Source: an uncultured archaeon (GTDB taxonomy: Archaea; Aenigmatarchaeota; Aenigmatarchaeia; CG10238-14). From it: a DNA stretch of 64,000 nt. Positions 10,173 through 19,919 of this stretch are shown here, piece after piece. The stretch is taken from assembly GCA_964347415.1 (NCBI GenBank), contig CAYFYJ010000022.1, positions 51,088 to 115,087 on the forward strand, read 5' to 3'. Both the position numbers and the translations under genes were made by a program. Every line of letters begins with the position of its first letter. Position 1 is the first letter of the stretch. The notes beneath the pieces are model-generated. The model saw only the letters and a list, made by a program, of their open reading frames with translations. It made no database searches and was not told the origin of the DNA.

Positions 10173-11804
10173 TTGCCTTATGCAAATGGTGAGATTCATC
10201 TAGGTCACATTACATCGACTTATTTGCCTGCGGATATTTTCACAAGATTTCAGAGACTGAAAGGAAACGATGCAATTCATGTTTGCGCGAGTGATGACTT
10301 TGGTACACCCATTCTGGTAGCAGCAGAAAAAGAAGGCAAAACCCCAAAAGAATTTGTTGATCATTGGCATAAAATCGATAAAAAAGATTTTGCTGATTTA
10401 GGAATATCGTTCGATATTTTTGATCATACGAGTTCAGAAGAAAACCTTCAAATGACACAATACTTCTTTACCAAACTCAATGAGAAAGGATTCATATTCA
10501 AGAAAAACGTTGAGCAATATTTCTGCGATAAATGTAAGAAGTTTTTACCAGACAGATATGTCGTAGGAACTTGTCCTTTTTGCCAAACAGAGAACCAGTA
10601 TTCAGACGGTTGTGAAAAATGTGGAAAAACATTTCAACCCGGAGAAATACTAAACCCCCATTGCGCAATCTGTGGATCAAGACCAATAACCAAACAGAGC
10701 GAACATTATTTTTTCAAACTTTCAGAATTTTCTGACGAATTGAAGAATTGGCTAACAGTTAACAAGAATCTGCAACCTGAAGTCAAGAACTATGTTTTGA
10801 ATTGGACAAAAGAAGGGTTAAAAGATTGGGACATTACTCGTGATATTCCATGGGGCGTCCCGATTCCATTGGAGGAGGCGAAAGGCAAAGTTCTGTACGG
10901 TTGGTTTGACAATCATCTTTGCTATATCTCAGCTGCATTGAAATATTTAACCGAACAAAAAAAAGATGGAAAAGCGTTCTGGAATTCATCCAAGGTATAT
11001 CATTTCATCGGAAAGGATATAGTCTATCATCATTACCTGTTCCTACCATCTATGAGAATGGGTGTTGGTGAGTACAAGGTTCCAGATTTCATCCCGACCA
11101 GGGGTCATTTGTTGTTAGAAGGAAAGAAATTTTCTAAGAGTCGAGGATGGTACGTGAGTTTGAGAGATTCTCTCAATTCTTTTAACGCAGATTATCTCAG
11201 ATACTACATTTCTATCATAACTCCTTACCAACAGTCAGACGTTAATTTCGATTGGTTAGATTTTCAATCAAGGATAAACAATGAATTGGTTGCTAACATC
11301 GGCAATTTCGTTCACAGGACTTTGAGTTTTATTCATTCCACATTCCATGGTGAAGTACCAAAACCAGCCGAAGATTATAATGACGAAGATGCAGCATTCC
11401 AGGAAAAAATCTGGAAATTAGAAGAAGAAGTCGGTCAACTAATGGAAGATTTACATTTAGATAGATCATTGAAAAAGATAAACGAGTTTTCTATCCATTG
11501 CAACCAATACTTCCAGAAGAATGAACCATGGTCTAATGAAAAAAGAGCAGCCAACTGTCTTTATCTATGCGTCAATGCCGTAAGATCTTTAGCTATATTA
11601 TTAGAACCATTTTTGCCATTTTCTACAGAGGAATTATGGAAGTTATTGAATTACTCAGACTCTGTTCATGAGCAACAATGGAATTCTATATCAAAAATCC
11701 TGATAAAACCCGGTCACAGGATAAAGGAACCAAAAATTCTATTCAAGAAAATAGAAGATAAAGAAATTAAAATACAAAAGAGTAAATTGGAAGGAACGGG
11801 ATAA
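10173..11804 (+). CDS. metG: Methionyl-tRNA synthetase, catalytic core only; no C-terminal tRNA-binding domain.
   Basis: HIGH region (PYANGEIHLGH), CxxC zinc knuckles and KFSKS are present. The start is TTG at 10173; the frame stays open upstream to about 10098, so the start is probably non-canonical. Confidence 0.85.
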   Translation: MPYANGEIHLGHITSTYLPADIFTRFQRLKGNDAIHVCASDDFGTPILVAAEKEGKTPKEFVDHWHKIDKKDFADLGISFDIFDHTSSEENLQMTQYFFTKLNEKGFIFKKNVEQYFCDKCKKFLPDRYVVGTCPFCQTENQYSDGCEKCGKTFQPGEILNPHCAICGSRPITKQSEHYFFKLSEFSDELKNWLTVNKNLQPEVKNYVLNWTKEGLKDWDITRDIPWGVPIPLEEAKGKVLYGWFDNHLCYISAALKYLTEQKKDGKAFWNSSKVYHFIGKDIVYHHYLFLPSMRMGVGEYKVPDFIPTRGHLLLEGKKFSKSRGWYVSLRDSLNSFNADYLRYYISIITPYQQSDVNFDWLDFQSRINNELVANIGNFVHRTLSFIHSTFHGEVPKPAEDYNDEDAAFQEKIWKLEEEVGQLMEDLHLDRSLKKINEFSIHCNQYFQKNEPWSNEKRAANCLYLCVNAVRSLAILLEPFLPFSTEELWKLLNYSDSVHEQQWNSISKILIKPGHRIKEPKILFKKIEDKEIKIQKSKLEGTG

Positions 11805-11860
11805 TTCTTCATTTTCAAGTTTTTAAGCTAAAAATCCTAAATATATAAGAGATGATATAA

Positions 11861-12478
11861 ATGGATACAAAACTTGTAGTTGTTGCAATCATATTATTGA
11901 TTGCTTTTATAGCGGTTTTGACAATATCAATACAGGGCAATGGTGGAGTTATCAACCTAGGAAAACCTAGCGGTTGTAACTACGATGGCTCTTGTCAAGG
12001 GTGGGAAGATCGAACATGTTCTGATTGTGCAGGTGGAGTAACAACAACTACTCCGACAAATGGGGAAACAAAACCAGAATGTAACGACAAATACGATAAC
12101 GATGGCGATGGTTGGATTGACATGGATGACTCAGGTTGCTTTAAAAGACAGGACAATGACGAAACTGACTGTGGAGATGGAGTTTGCGAAGGCCCAGAAT
12201 CATGTGAATTTTGTCCAGAAGATTGTGGGCAATGCCCAACTACAACAACAATCCCATGGACTTGTACTGATACAGACGGTGGACAGGTTTATACAGTAAA
12301 AGGAACAGTTTCAGGGCAAACTACAGAGCCTTTCAGTTACACAGATTATTGTGGAACTGGTAATGCCACTTTATTCGAGCATTACTGCCGTCAAACTGGC
12401 GATCCTGCTCCAATGAGTGAATATATTAGTTGTACATTGCTCGGTTACACTAGTTGTACAAATGGGGCTTGTGTATAA
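11861..12478 (+). CDS. Cys-rich secreted protein.
   Basis: It has an N-terminal TM/signal, about 20 Cys, and Asp-rich Ca-binding-like stretches (DNDGDGWIDMDD). Confidence 0.4.
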   Translation: MDTKLVVVAIILLIAFIAVLTISIQGNGGVINLGKPSGCNYDGSCQGWEDRTCSDCAGGVTTTTPTNGETKPECNDKYDNDGDGWIDMDDSGCFKRQDNDETDCGDGVCEGPESCEFCPEDCGQCPTTTTIPWTCTDTDGGQVYTVKGTVSGQTTEPFSYTDYCGTGNATLFEHYCRQTGDPAPMSEYISCTLLGYTSCTNGACV

Positions 12479-12527
12479 CTTTTTTCTTTTTTTAAGCCTA
12501 AGAAATTTTTATAGTTAAATTTCTATA

Positions 12528-12857
12528 GTGAGTTGTATGATATCTTTCAAAGAATTCAAAAAAATGGAAATGAGAGTCGGAACTATAACCAAGGCCGAAG
12601 AGGTACCAAACTCAAAAAATCTTATAAAACTCAAAGTTGACATCGGCGGACAAGAAAAACAAGCGGTTGCAGGCATTAAGACTCATTATCAATCAAGTGA
12701 ATTAGAAGGAAAACAGTTCGTTTTTATGACGAACCTGGAGCCAGCAAAACTCATGGGAGAACTATCAGAGATAATGATATTGGCTGCTGTGGAAGGTGAC
12801 AAAGTAGTCCTGATCAAGCCCGAGAAAGAAATAAGCAATGGAGCAATTATCGAGTAA
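12528..12857 (+). CDS. Standalone tRNA-binding domain protein (Trbp111/CsaA/EMAP-like, the MetRS C-terminal domain homolog).
   Basis: OB-fold tRNA-binding signature …GTITKAEEVPNSKNLIKLKVDIGG…. Confidence 0.7.
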   Translation: MSCMISFKEFKKMEMRVGTITKAEEVPNSKNLIKLKVDIGGQEKQAVAGIKTHYQSSELEGKQFVFMTNLEPAKLMGELSEIMILAAVEGDKVVLIKPEKEISNGAIIE

Positions 12858-13374
12858 TCATTTAACTTTAATACTTTCTTTTGATAAATATTTGTCAGAG
12901 AACATGAAAACAGTAAAAGATTTTATGAACGAGAATGTCGTATGCCTATCTCCTGATGACACTATCTTTGATGCAGCAAAAATCCTTTCTCAACTAAACA
13001 TTGCTGGTGCCCCAGTAGTAAAAAACGATAAAATAGTCGGAATAGTTTCCATTTCTGATATGATTAAATTCATCGACATAAAACTAGGAAAACTCCCGAA
13101 AATAGATACACCTGGTCTATCAACATTATTGCTAGCATTAGTTCAGATGCAGAAAGTACGTTCTGATTTTAAAAAGGAATTAGAAAAAATAACTAAGACC
13201 AAAATAAAAGAGGTAATGACCAAGAATGTTATAATCATCTCTTCATCACAAACGATGATTGATGTGGCAGAACTGATAGAAAAACATGATGTCAATCGTT
13301 TACCTGTTGTCGACAACGGAAAGATTGTTGGTATCGTTGCTAGAGCTGATATAATAAAGGCATTGATCCGTTGA
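12838..13374 (+). CDS. CBS-domain pair protein.
   Basis: Two CBS motifs are present (…GAPVV…IVGIVS…, …LPVVD…IVGIV…). Confidence 0.7.
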   Translation: MEQLSSNHLTLILSFDKYLSENMKTVKDFMNENVVCLSPDDTIFDAAKILSQLNIAGAPVVKNDKIVGIVSISDMIKFIDIKLGKLPKIDTPGLSTLLLALVQMQKVRSDFKKELEKITKTKIKEVMTKNVIIISSSQTMIDVAELIEKHDVNRLPVVDNGKIVGIVARADIIKALIR

Positions 13375-13406
13375 TTTTAAAAGAAAGAAAAGGAAGTCAA
13401 GAACTA

Positions 13407-13517
13407 TTACCATTCATCCGCCTCATCGTCCCAAGATTCGTTATCCCAGCCTTCTTCTTCCTCTTCCCAGTCTTCAGTGTCTTCCTCATCGTTCCATTCA
13501 TCATCCCAATCTGTCAT
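13407..13517 (-). CDS. Micro-ORF encoding a 36-aa highly acidic, Trp-rich peptide.
   Basis: Translation: MTDWDDEWNDEEDTEDWEEEEEGWDNESWDDEADEW. It is not in the ORF track because of its size. Confidence 0.2.
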   Translation of the reverse strand: MTDWDDEWNDEEDTEDWEEEEEGWDNESWDDEADEW

Positions 13518-13720
13518 GAGTGTCCCTCGTAAGAGACTTCCTTTATTTATTTCATTTGCGCAAGTGGTATATAAAATTATCACAATTATTTTTTTTGTAT
13601 TCGTAAGAAACTATTTTTTTACATTTTAAACCATAAAAGAGTAATCATTTTTTTCCGTCCAAAAATTTATTAAAATTATAAAACTTATAATCTTACCATC
13701 GAAAAACTTCAGTAGATACT

Positions 13721-16072
13721 ATGATTACTAAAGATAAATTGAAGCCTAAATTCAGTAAAGAATGGGAAAAATATTATAAAGTTGATTTTCTCGCCGATAA
13801 TGGCTTTGTTAGAAAGGTTTGTCCAAAATGTGGTAAAGGCTACTGGACTTTACAGACAGATAGAGAGCATTGTCCGGACCAACCATGCCAATTTTATGAG
13901 TTCTTGGGCAACCCTCCAACCAGTAAAAAGTTTGATTATGTACAATCTTGGAAAATCATAGAAGACTTTTTCAAGAAGAATGGCCATACGAGCATAAGAC
14001 GTTATCCCATAGTTTGTAGATGGAGACCTGATTTGTTCTTCACTATAGCTTCGATAATAGATTTCCATCGTTTGGGAAAAGAAGGTGTTACATTCCAATT
14101 CCCTGCTAATCCTTTAATCGTGCCTCAATTCTGTTTACGCTTCAATGACATTCCTAACGTCGGAATAACTGGCAGACATTACAGTTGTTTTTGCATGGTC
14201 GGGCAACATTCTATTTTCAATGGGAAGCAAGGATACTGGAAAGATAAATGCATTGAATTAGATTTCAAGTTATTATCTGGACCGTTCGGTATCAAACCAG
14301 ACGAAATAATTTTCCTGGAAGATCTATGGGTCGGTCCTGGGGCTTTTGGACCCTCACTTGAATATTTTGTTAGAGGTTTGGAAATAGGCAATGCTGTTTT
14401 TACTGAATTCAAAACAATAAATTCTGATGTAAAAGAAATGAAAGAAAAAGTCATCGATATGGGTGCGGGCTTGGAAAGATTTGCCTGGATAACTCAAGGA
14501 ACTCCTACATCATATGATGTAGTGTTTGAACCCATATTACGATACTTGCGGAATAAAACCGGGATTAAGTATGATACTGAGTTCTTCCTAAAATATTCAA
14601 AATTAGCTGGTTCACTCAACCTAGATGAAGTAAAGAATATTAAAAGGATGAGAGAACAAATTGCTACAAAATTAGGAATTACTGTTGAACTTCTGGACAA
14701 AAATATCAAACCATTGGAAGCTATGTATGCGATATCAGATCATACAATGGGTTTAACCTTTGCTATAGCTGATGGGTTGCTGCCTTCGAACGTTGGTGGT
14801 GGTTATAACCTTCGTGTCATTTTAAGAAGGGCGTTGGGCTTCATAGACGATTTTAGATGGGATATCGATTTAACAGATGTTTGTGAATTGCATGCCAGAC
14901 ACCTCAGGTTAATGTGTCCAGAATTGTCTGAACATATAGACGAGATCCATAAAATCCTTGATATCGAGAAGAAGAGATTCCATGAGACAAAACTCAGAAC
15001 AAAACGGACAGTTGAAGCAATAGTTGCAAAGGGAGAAATGATTGACGAAGAAAAATTAATCGAACTCTATGACTCAGATGGCATAACCCCAGAATTAGTT
15101 CAAGATTTTATGCCAGATTTGAAAATCCCAATCGATTTCTATGTTAAAGTAACTGAAAGGCACATGGGTGAGAAAAAGATTCCGATAATCGAGACGATTG
15201 ATGTTAGTGGTTTACCTCCGACAGAAATCCTATATTATGAAGACCAAAAAAAGATGGAATTCCAGGCGAAGGTTCTTAAAATTATAGAAGACAAATATGT
15301 TGTTCTTGATAAAACTTATTTCTATGCTGAAAGCGGGGGTCAAAAATCTGATGTTGGTTTTATCGGAGGTTCACCCGTATCCGATGTTCAAAAGGTTGGA
15401 GATGTGGTTGTTCATAGAATTCTTGGACAATTAGAAGAAGGCAAGACTGTTAACTGTAGAATCAATGAGTACAGGAGAAAGATTCTGCAAATGCATCATA
15501 CAGCTACACACATAGTTAATGTTGCTGCTAGACAAATTCTAGGGAATCATGTTTGGCAACATGGTGCAGAAAAAACTTCTGAAAAAGCCAGACTCGATAT
15601 AACTCATTATGAGCCTTTAACAGATGATATTGTAGGAAAAATTGAACAAAAAGCAAATGAAATAATTAGAAAGAACCTGTCTGTAAAATCTGAATTGTTA
15701 CCTAGAGCTGAAGCAGAAAAGAAATATGGTTTTAGAGTATATCAAGGAGGAGTTGTTCCTGAAGATAAGTTAAGGATAATCTCAATCGGTAATATAGATC
15801 ATGAAGCCTGTGGTGGATTACACTGTGAGAAGACGGGTGAAGTCGAATACGTAACGATACTAAAAACCAAAAGGATTCAGGACGGTATTGACAGAATAGA
15901 ATTTACTGTTGGACCTGTTGCCTTGAAACAACTCAAAGAGAAAGCATCTCTACTCGATGAAACCGCAAAATTACTGAAAGTAAAAGAGGCGAAAGTTCCT
16001 GAAGCTGTTAGAGAATTGTTTGAAAAGTGGAAAACAAAAAGGAAAGAATTGAGGAAATTGAGAAAAAAGTGA
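13721..16072 (+). CDS. alaS: Alanyl-tRNA synthetase, archaeal type (catalytic + editing domains). It appears to lack the C-terminal DHHA1-like domain.
   Basis: Archaeal AlaRS N-terminal zinc region (CPKCGKGYW), editing-domain HxxxH…CGGLHC, 783 aa. Confidence 0.9.
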   Translation: MITKDKLKPKFSKEWEKYYKVDFLADNGFVRKVCPKCGKGYWTLQTDREHCPDQPCQFYEFLGNPPTSKKFDYVQSWKIIEDFFKKNGHTSIRRYPIVCRWRPDLFFTIASIIDFHRLGKEGVTFQFPANPLIVPQFCLRFNDIPNVGITGRHYSCFCMVGQHSIFNGKQGYWKDKCIELDFKLLSGPFGIKPDEIIFLEDLWVGPGAFGPSLEYFVRGLEIGNAVFTEFKTINSDVKEMKEKVIDMGAGLERFAWITQGTPTSYDVVFEPILRYLRNKTGIKYDTEFFLKYSKLAGSLNLDEVKNIKRMREQIATKLGITVELLDKNIKPLEAMYAISDHTMGLTFAIADGLLPSNVGGGYNLRVILRRALGFIDDFRWDIDLTDVCELHARHLRLMCPELSEHIDEIHKILDIEKKRFHETKLRTKRTVEAIVAKGEMIDEEKLIELYDSDGITPELVQDFMPDLKIPIDFYVKVTERHMGEKKIPIIETIDVSGLPPTEILYYEDQKKMEFQAKVLKIIEDKYVVLDKTYFYAESGGQKSDVGFIGGSPVSDVQKVGDVVVHRILGQLEEGKTVNCRINEYRRKILQMHHTATHIVNVAARQILGNHVWQHGAEKTSEKARLDITHYEPLTDDIVGKIEQKANEIIRKNLSVKSELLPRAEAEKKYGFRVYQGGVVPEDKLRIISIGNIDHEACGGLHCEKTGEVEYVTILKTKRIQDGIDRIEFTVGPVALKQLKEKASLLDETAKLLKVKEAKVPEAVRELFEKWKTKRKELRKLRKK

Positions 16073-16076
16073 TCGG

Positions 16077-16661
16077 ATGAATGAAATTAAAGTTTTAATA
16101 GAAGGTTATGCAAAAAAAATTAAAAATGGTTGGATTGCAAACTCTACTGTTACATTAGTCAAGTCGAATGGTAAGAACATTATTGTTGATCCCGGCTGTA
16201 ACAGAGGTAAACTAATAAATGCACTTAAAAAAGAGAATCTCAGACCATCTGATATTGATTATGTTTTGTTAACCCATGATCATACTGACCATGCTCTACT
16301 TGCTGGAGCTTTTGAAAAAGCTAAAATTCTGAATCCTAAAGAAATTTATGATAAGGATGTTCAGATAGAACATAATAATAAGATTCCAGATACTGATGTA
16401 AAAATCATCCAAACTCCAGGTCATGCTCATCAACATGCTTCTTTGCTTGTTAAAACTAAAAAAGGAAATGTGGTGATTGCTGGTGATTTATGGTGGTGGA
16501 AAGACAACGAAAAGCCAAGGACTGATTACAACAGTCTGATGAGAAAACATGATTCATATGTAAAAGAAAAAGATCTAATAAGCAAAAGTAGAGAGAACGT
16601 CTTGAAAATAGCTGATTATATCATCCCGGGTCATGGAAAAATGTTTAAGGTGATCAAATGA
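16077..16661 (+). CDS. Metallo-beta-lactamase fold hydrolase.
   Basis: MBL motifs LLTHDHTDH and later His/Asp ligands are present. Confidence 0.7.
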   Translation: MNEIKVLIEGYAKKIKNGWIANSTVTLVKSNGKNIIVDPGCNRGKLINALKKENLRPSDIDYVLLTHDHTDHALLAGAFEKAKILNPKEIYDKDVQIEHNNKIPDTDVKIIQTPGHAHQHASLLVKTKKGNVVIAGDLWWWKDNEKPRTDYNSLMRKHDSYVKEKDLISKSRENVLKIADYIIPGHGKMFKVIK

Positions 16662-16822
16662 CATCAGGAAATCAAATAAAAGAATTAAAAAGGAAAGAAA
16701 AAATCCTTAGACAGGCTGCTGAATCAATCAAGGTCCAAGAAAAAGATCTACCAAGAGTAGTGAAGAGATTCTTAGACGAACTGGAACAATTCGAGAATGA
16801 GATTAAATCTATTAAAAAATAA
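16658..16822 (+). CDS. Small charged coiled-coil protein (54 aa).
   Basis: ATG overlaps the upstream stop codon. Translation: MTSGNQIKELKRKEKILRQAAESIKVQEKDL…. Confidence 0.25.
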   Translation: MTSGNQIKELKRKEKILRQAAESIKVQEKDLPRVVKRFLDELEQFENEIKSIKK

Positions 16823-16825
16823 ATT

Positions 16826-17266
16826 TTACAACCGCGTGGTTACACACCATACAGGTCTTTGCAACAAAAGATTACAAACTGCTTCTTGTGTTTCATTAAT
16901 CGTCGGGTTGGTAATAGTTTTCGCTCCATTCAAGCTCGTAATCGTTACTCCGTCTGACCCTTCGGATAATATCTCTTGTAGGTAAATCTGTCCATCAGAA
17001 TTAAGTGTAATTCGTTCCAACTCATTCTTCATACTAATACAATCCATGCATCCAGAAGAATAACGATATTCGATCAGAGTGAAATATCTTCTTAACAAGT
17101 ATGTTTTCTGTTGTTCGGTCAATTCATAAGTTAAGATTTTATCTTGTGGTATTTGGATCTGATCGGTGGGTTGATTGAAGAGGCTCATTAAACCATAAGC
17201 GAAAGTAGAACCGAACATTAACACTATAAAAAATAGTGCTATTACCTTCATTTTTTTGGTTACCAT
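16826..17266 (-). CDS. Hypothetical secreted protein.
   Basis: N-terminal signal/TM helix. Confidence 0.35.
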   Translation of the reverse strand: MVTKKMKVIALFFIVLMFGSTFAYGLMSLFNQPTDQIQIPQDKILTYELTEQQKTYLLRRYFTLIEYRYSSGCMDCISMKNELERITLNSDGQIYLQEILSEGSDGVTITSLNGAKTITNPTINETQEAVCNLLLQRPVWCVTTRL

Positions 17267-17316
17267 AGATTAAAATCTAGATTAATCAGAAATAAATGTT
17301 TTCTCTAAGTCAAGAT

Positions 17317-17670
17317 CTACTCTACTTTTGGTTCTATTTCCCCTCTGTGAATCTTAGCAGATGGTGGGGTTAATATCAGATAATCTTCGTCAACACCGAT
17401 TATATCCCCATTCATAGCGACTGAGGTTCTTCTCAATCTTTCTACAGACCTCTTCAACTCGCCCAAATCCCTTTCTTTCAGTTTCTTTATTCGTAAGAAT
17501 ACAACGTTTCCTTCTCTCAAAAGTCTTTGAACTCCCTCCACATCCCTGTAATCCTGTAGATTTTCTATTCTGATATTCATTCTTCCTCTATCTTCACCCT
17601 CAGTTGTTATTTCAATAAACTCTTCTCTATCTTCAGGTTCATCCTTCCCGAATATCGATTCAAAGACCAT
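17317..17670 (-). CDS. SepF-like cell-division protein (DUF552).
   Basis: An acidic N-terminus is followed by a SepF-like core (…NVVFLRIKKL…). Confidence 0.5.
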   Translation of the reverse strand: MVFESIFGKDEPEDREEFIEITTEGEDRGRMNIRIENLQDYRDVEGVQRLLREGNVVFLRIKKLKERDLGELKRSVERLRRTSVAMNGDIIGVDEDYLILTPPSAKIHRGEIEPKVE

Positions 17671-17712
17671 CTTTTCACCTCAAATTTGGATTTGATACTT
17701 AAACTTAAATAA

Positions 17713-17979
17713 TTATAATTCCCTCTTCACGGCCTCCAACATGCTCACGATGTTCCATATCTGTGTTCTAGTGTACATAGGCATATTTGGATCATTAATA
17801 ATTTCGTCCAGCACAGATATGGCCGAACTCAGTCTTATATCCCAACCATTTTCTGTCCTTTCGGTCAAATCTTTTTTTGCTTCTTCAGCAGCACCCCTTA
17901 TATTCCTTGGAACTGTTCTGTCCTCTATTATCTGTGTTAATAGTTTTACTATCGGTTCTAAGTCTCTCATTTGAATCAC
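17713..17979 (-). CDS. UPF0147-family small archaeal protein.
   Basis: Motifs …VPRNIRGAAEEA… and …DPNMPMYTRTQIWNIVSMLE… match the family. Confidence 0.55.
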   Translation of the reverse strand: MIQMRDLEPIVKLLTQIIEDRTVPRNIRGAAEEAKKDLTERTENGWDIRLSSAISVLDEIINDPNMPMYTRTQIWNIVSMLEAVKREL

Positions 17980-18312
17980 TCATTGGTTCATCATCTTTTT
18001 TAATCTCGGTTCCATATCTTTTAATCTTTTAGTAATCCTCTCTTCGGTTTTTTCAAAAGTTTTAGCTCTTAAATCAAAATTATCTTTTCTTTCTTTTAAT
18101 TCTGCTTTCAATTTTTTTACATCTTTTTGTACCATTACTGGTCCTACTATTTTATATGCCTTTGTCCCCTTGTTAGTTCCCAATTCTTCTATCGCTTTAT
18201 CTATCTCTAATGTCTGTAATTTTAAGTTTTCTTTCTGAATGAGTATAGCCTGTAACTGTTGCTGCAAAGCCTGGAATTGTTCTAAAAATTTCCTGTCATC
18301 TTCTGCTACCAT
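17980..18312 (-). CDS. pfdB: Prefoldin beta subunit.
   Basis: Coiled-coil / beta-hairpin / coiled-coil pattern (…YKIVGPVMVQ…). Confidence 0.7.
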   Translation of the reverse strand: MVAEDDRKFLEQFQALQQQLQAILIQKENLKLQTLEIDKAIEELGTNKGTKAYKIVGPVMVQKDVKKLKAELKERKDNFDLRAKTFEKTEERITKRLKDMEPRLKKMMNQ

Positions 18313-18530
18313 TTTTGTCCCTCCATTTCTTTAAGTGTTTTTACTAGGGATAAATATGAATTGACAACCGCTTTTAAATAACTTATCTTTTCCGATTCGA
18401 TTTTAATGATTAAATTCTTTTTGTCTGTACTCAAATAGATCTTTAAATCCTTCTTATTCTTTATATCGGGTAATAGACTTTTTCTAATGATTTCTGGGTT
18501 TTTGCATTCTATCCTTAAAGTTGCCTGCAT
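18306..18530 (-). CDS. KEOPS complex subunit Pcc1-like.
   Basis: About 74 aa, with the family pattern …SYLKAVVNSYLSLV…. Confidence 0.5.
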   Translation of the reverse strand: MQATLRIECKNPEIIRKSLLPDIKNKKDLKIYLSTDKKNLIIKIESEKISYLKAVVNSYLSLVKTLKEMEGQKW

Positions 18531-18574
18531 TTTATCTAAAAATATATAAAATAAAAGAGGATTAATAGGTTCTT

Positions 18575-18706
18575 CTACCTGGCTCGCACTCTTTTAATTA
18601 CTTCTGGTCTCATCTTGAACAATATCCTATACCCGCAATATGGACATCTAATCCTATCTTCGGCATTTTCAATCATTTTTTTGCATTTCAAACATCTGAA
18701 ACTCAT
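18575..18706 (-). CDS. rpoP: DNA-directed RNA polymerase subunit P (RpoP/Rpb12-like), 43 aa.
   Basis: MSFRCLKCKK…IRCPYCGYRILFKMRP matches the RpoP zinc-ribbon. It is not in the ORF track. Confidence 0.65.
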   Translation of the reverse strand: MSFRCLKCKKMIENAEDRIRCPYCGYRILFKMRPEVIKRVRAR

Positions 18707-18710
18707 TAAA

Positions 18711-18941
18711 TCACTCCATAACAATTAATTCTGTTGTCGGGGAGTATGCTCCACCAGAAAATTTAGCCTTACATTTACTACATACCCATATACCTGCAGA
18801 TGCTCTCTTTAAGGCCTTTCTTTTGCATGAAGGGCAGGCATATACCATCCTCTGTTTTTCCTCTATTTTTTTTACAGCAACTTTTACTCCTCTGCCGTAT
18901 CTTGCTCCAAACCTACCCGTAGAACCAACTTTCTTACCCAT
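18711..18941 (-). CDS. rpl37ae: Ribosomal protein L37Ae (eL43).
   Basis: MGKKVGSTGRFGARYG… with a C4 zinc ribbon. Confidence 0.85.
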   Translation of the reverse strand: MGKKVGSTGRFGARYGRGVKVAVKKIEEKQRMVYACPSCKRKALKRASAGIWVCSKCKAKFSGGAYSPTTELIVME

Positions 18942-18945
18942 CGAA

Positions 18946-19203
18946 TCATCTCACTATTTTGAAGTCTTTCTTCTTTACTATATTATCCAATATCTTTTTG
19001 AGCTGAGCATCATCTATAGTAGTCTTTATTTGACCGGATTGATAAAGTTGTAGAAGATAAAGTTCTAGTTGAGTGGCCAGTTCAGGTTTTACTAGTCTGA
19101 TTCTCCCCAGCCTCTCTATCGCTTCTTTAGTCAATATCTTCCTCATCAAGACCTTTTTCATCTTCTCTAATTCGTTCATCTGTTCTGGGGTTAATTGATT
19201 CAT
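18946..19203 (-). CDS. PDCD5/TFAR19-like dsDNA-binding protein.
   Basis: Conserved archaeal family pattern (…LTKEAIERLGRIRLVKPE…). Confidence 0.5.
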   Translation of the reverse strand: MNQLTPEQMNELEKMKKVLMRKILTKEAIERLGRIRLVKPELATQLELYLLQLYQSGQIKTTIDDAQLKKILDNIVKKKDFKIVR

Positions 19204-19625
19204 TCCTTCACTCCCTTGGTAATGCTACTAATGAATTTTTTACCTTTATCACTGATCACTCGGCCTCTTTTCTTTTGGTTTTTACTCTTCTCGATCAGAC
19301 CTGCTGCTTCTAGTTGTTGTAAACTCTTCCTTATTATACTACCCCCAGATTTCCTGAACCTCTCTGGTTTGTGTCCCCTGTCCTTCTTCCCTCCATAATG
19401 GGTTCTCAGTCTCTCAACTCCAACAGGACCATTCAGATAAATTCTTCTGAGTATCGAAGCTGTTCTAGTATACCACCAATCATTCTGTCGTGGGGGAAAT
19501 TTCCTACTAGACCCAGTTTTTACAAAAATTGCCCACTCTGGCGGTTTTATCGCTTCTATCTTTTTCAACTCTTCCTTACAAATTGCTATGAACTTCTTTG
19601 AATCAACGTTTTTCATACTAATCAC
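19200..19625 (-). CDS. rps19e: Ribosomal protein S19e (eS19).
   Basis: Motifs …PPEWAIFVKTG… and …WYTRTASILRRIY…. Confidence 0.8.
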   Translation of the reverse strand: MISMKNVDSKKFIAICKEELKKIEAIKPPEWAIFVKTGSSRKFPPRQNDWWYTRTASILRRIYLNGPVGVERLRTHYGGKKDRGHKPERFRKSGGSIIRKSLQQLEAAGLIEKSKNQKKRGRVISDKGKKFISSITKGVKE

Positions 19626-19869
19626 GTGCTCTTCCGGTCAACAGTATATACGCAGCTATGTTTAAAATCGTGATCAACCCACCAATCATCAGTAGTGCTA
19701 TCAAAATCACCACTGGCAATGAACTAACACTACAGAAATTAAAGTTTTTATTCGTTTCGCATAGCACTGTTACCCTTGCAATATTATTAACAACGTAAAA
19801 AATACCGAAAATTGCTATGAATACTGTTATTAAACTCATGCCAATTATTTTCCAGTTGTAAGCCGCCAT
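19618..19869 (-). CDS. Small membrane protein (2 TM helices).
   Basis: Hydrophobic helices; unknown family. Confidence 0.3.
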   Translation of the reverse strand: MAAYNWKIIGMSLITVFIAIFGIFYVVNNIARVTVLCETNKNFNFCSVSSLPVVILIALLMIGGLITILNIAAYILLTGRARD

Positions 19870-19919
19870 GTTTTATCTCCATAACATAAGCATGTTAAAA
19901 AATGTATAACTTCATCTTA

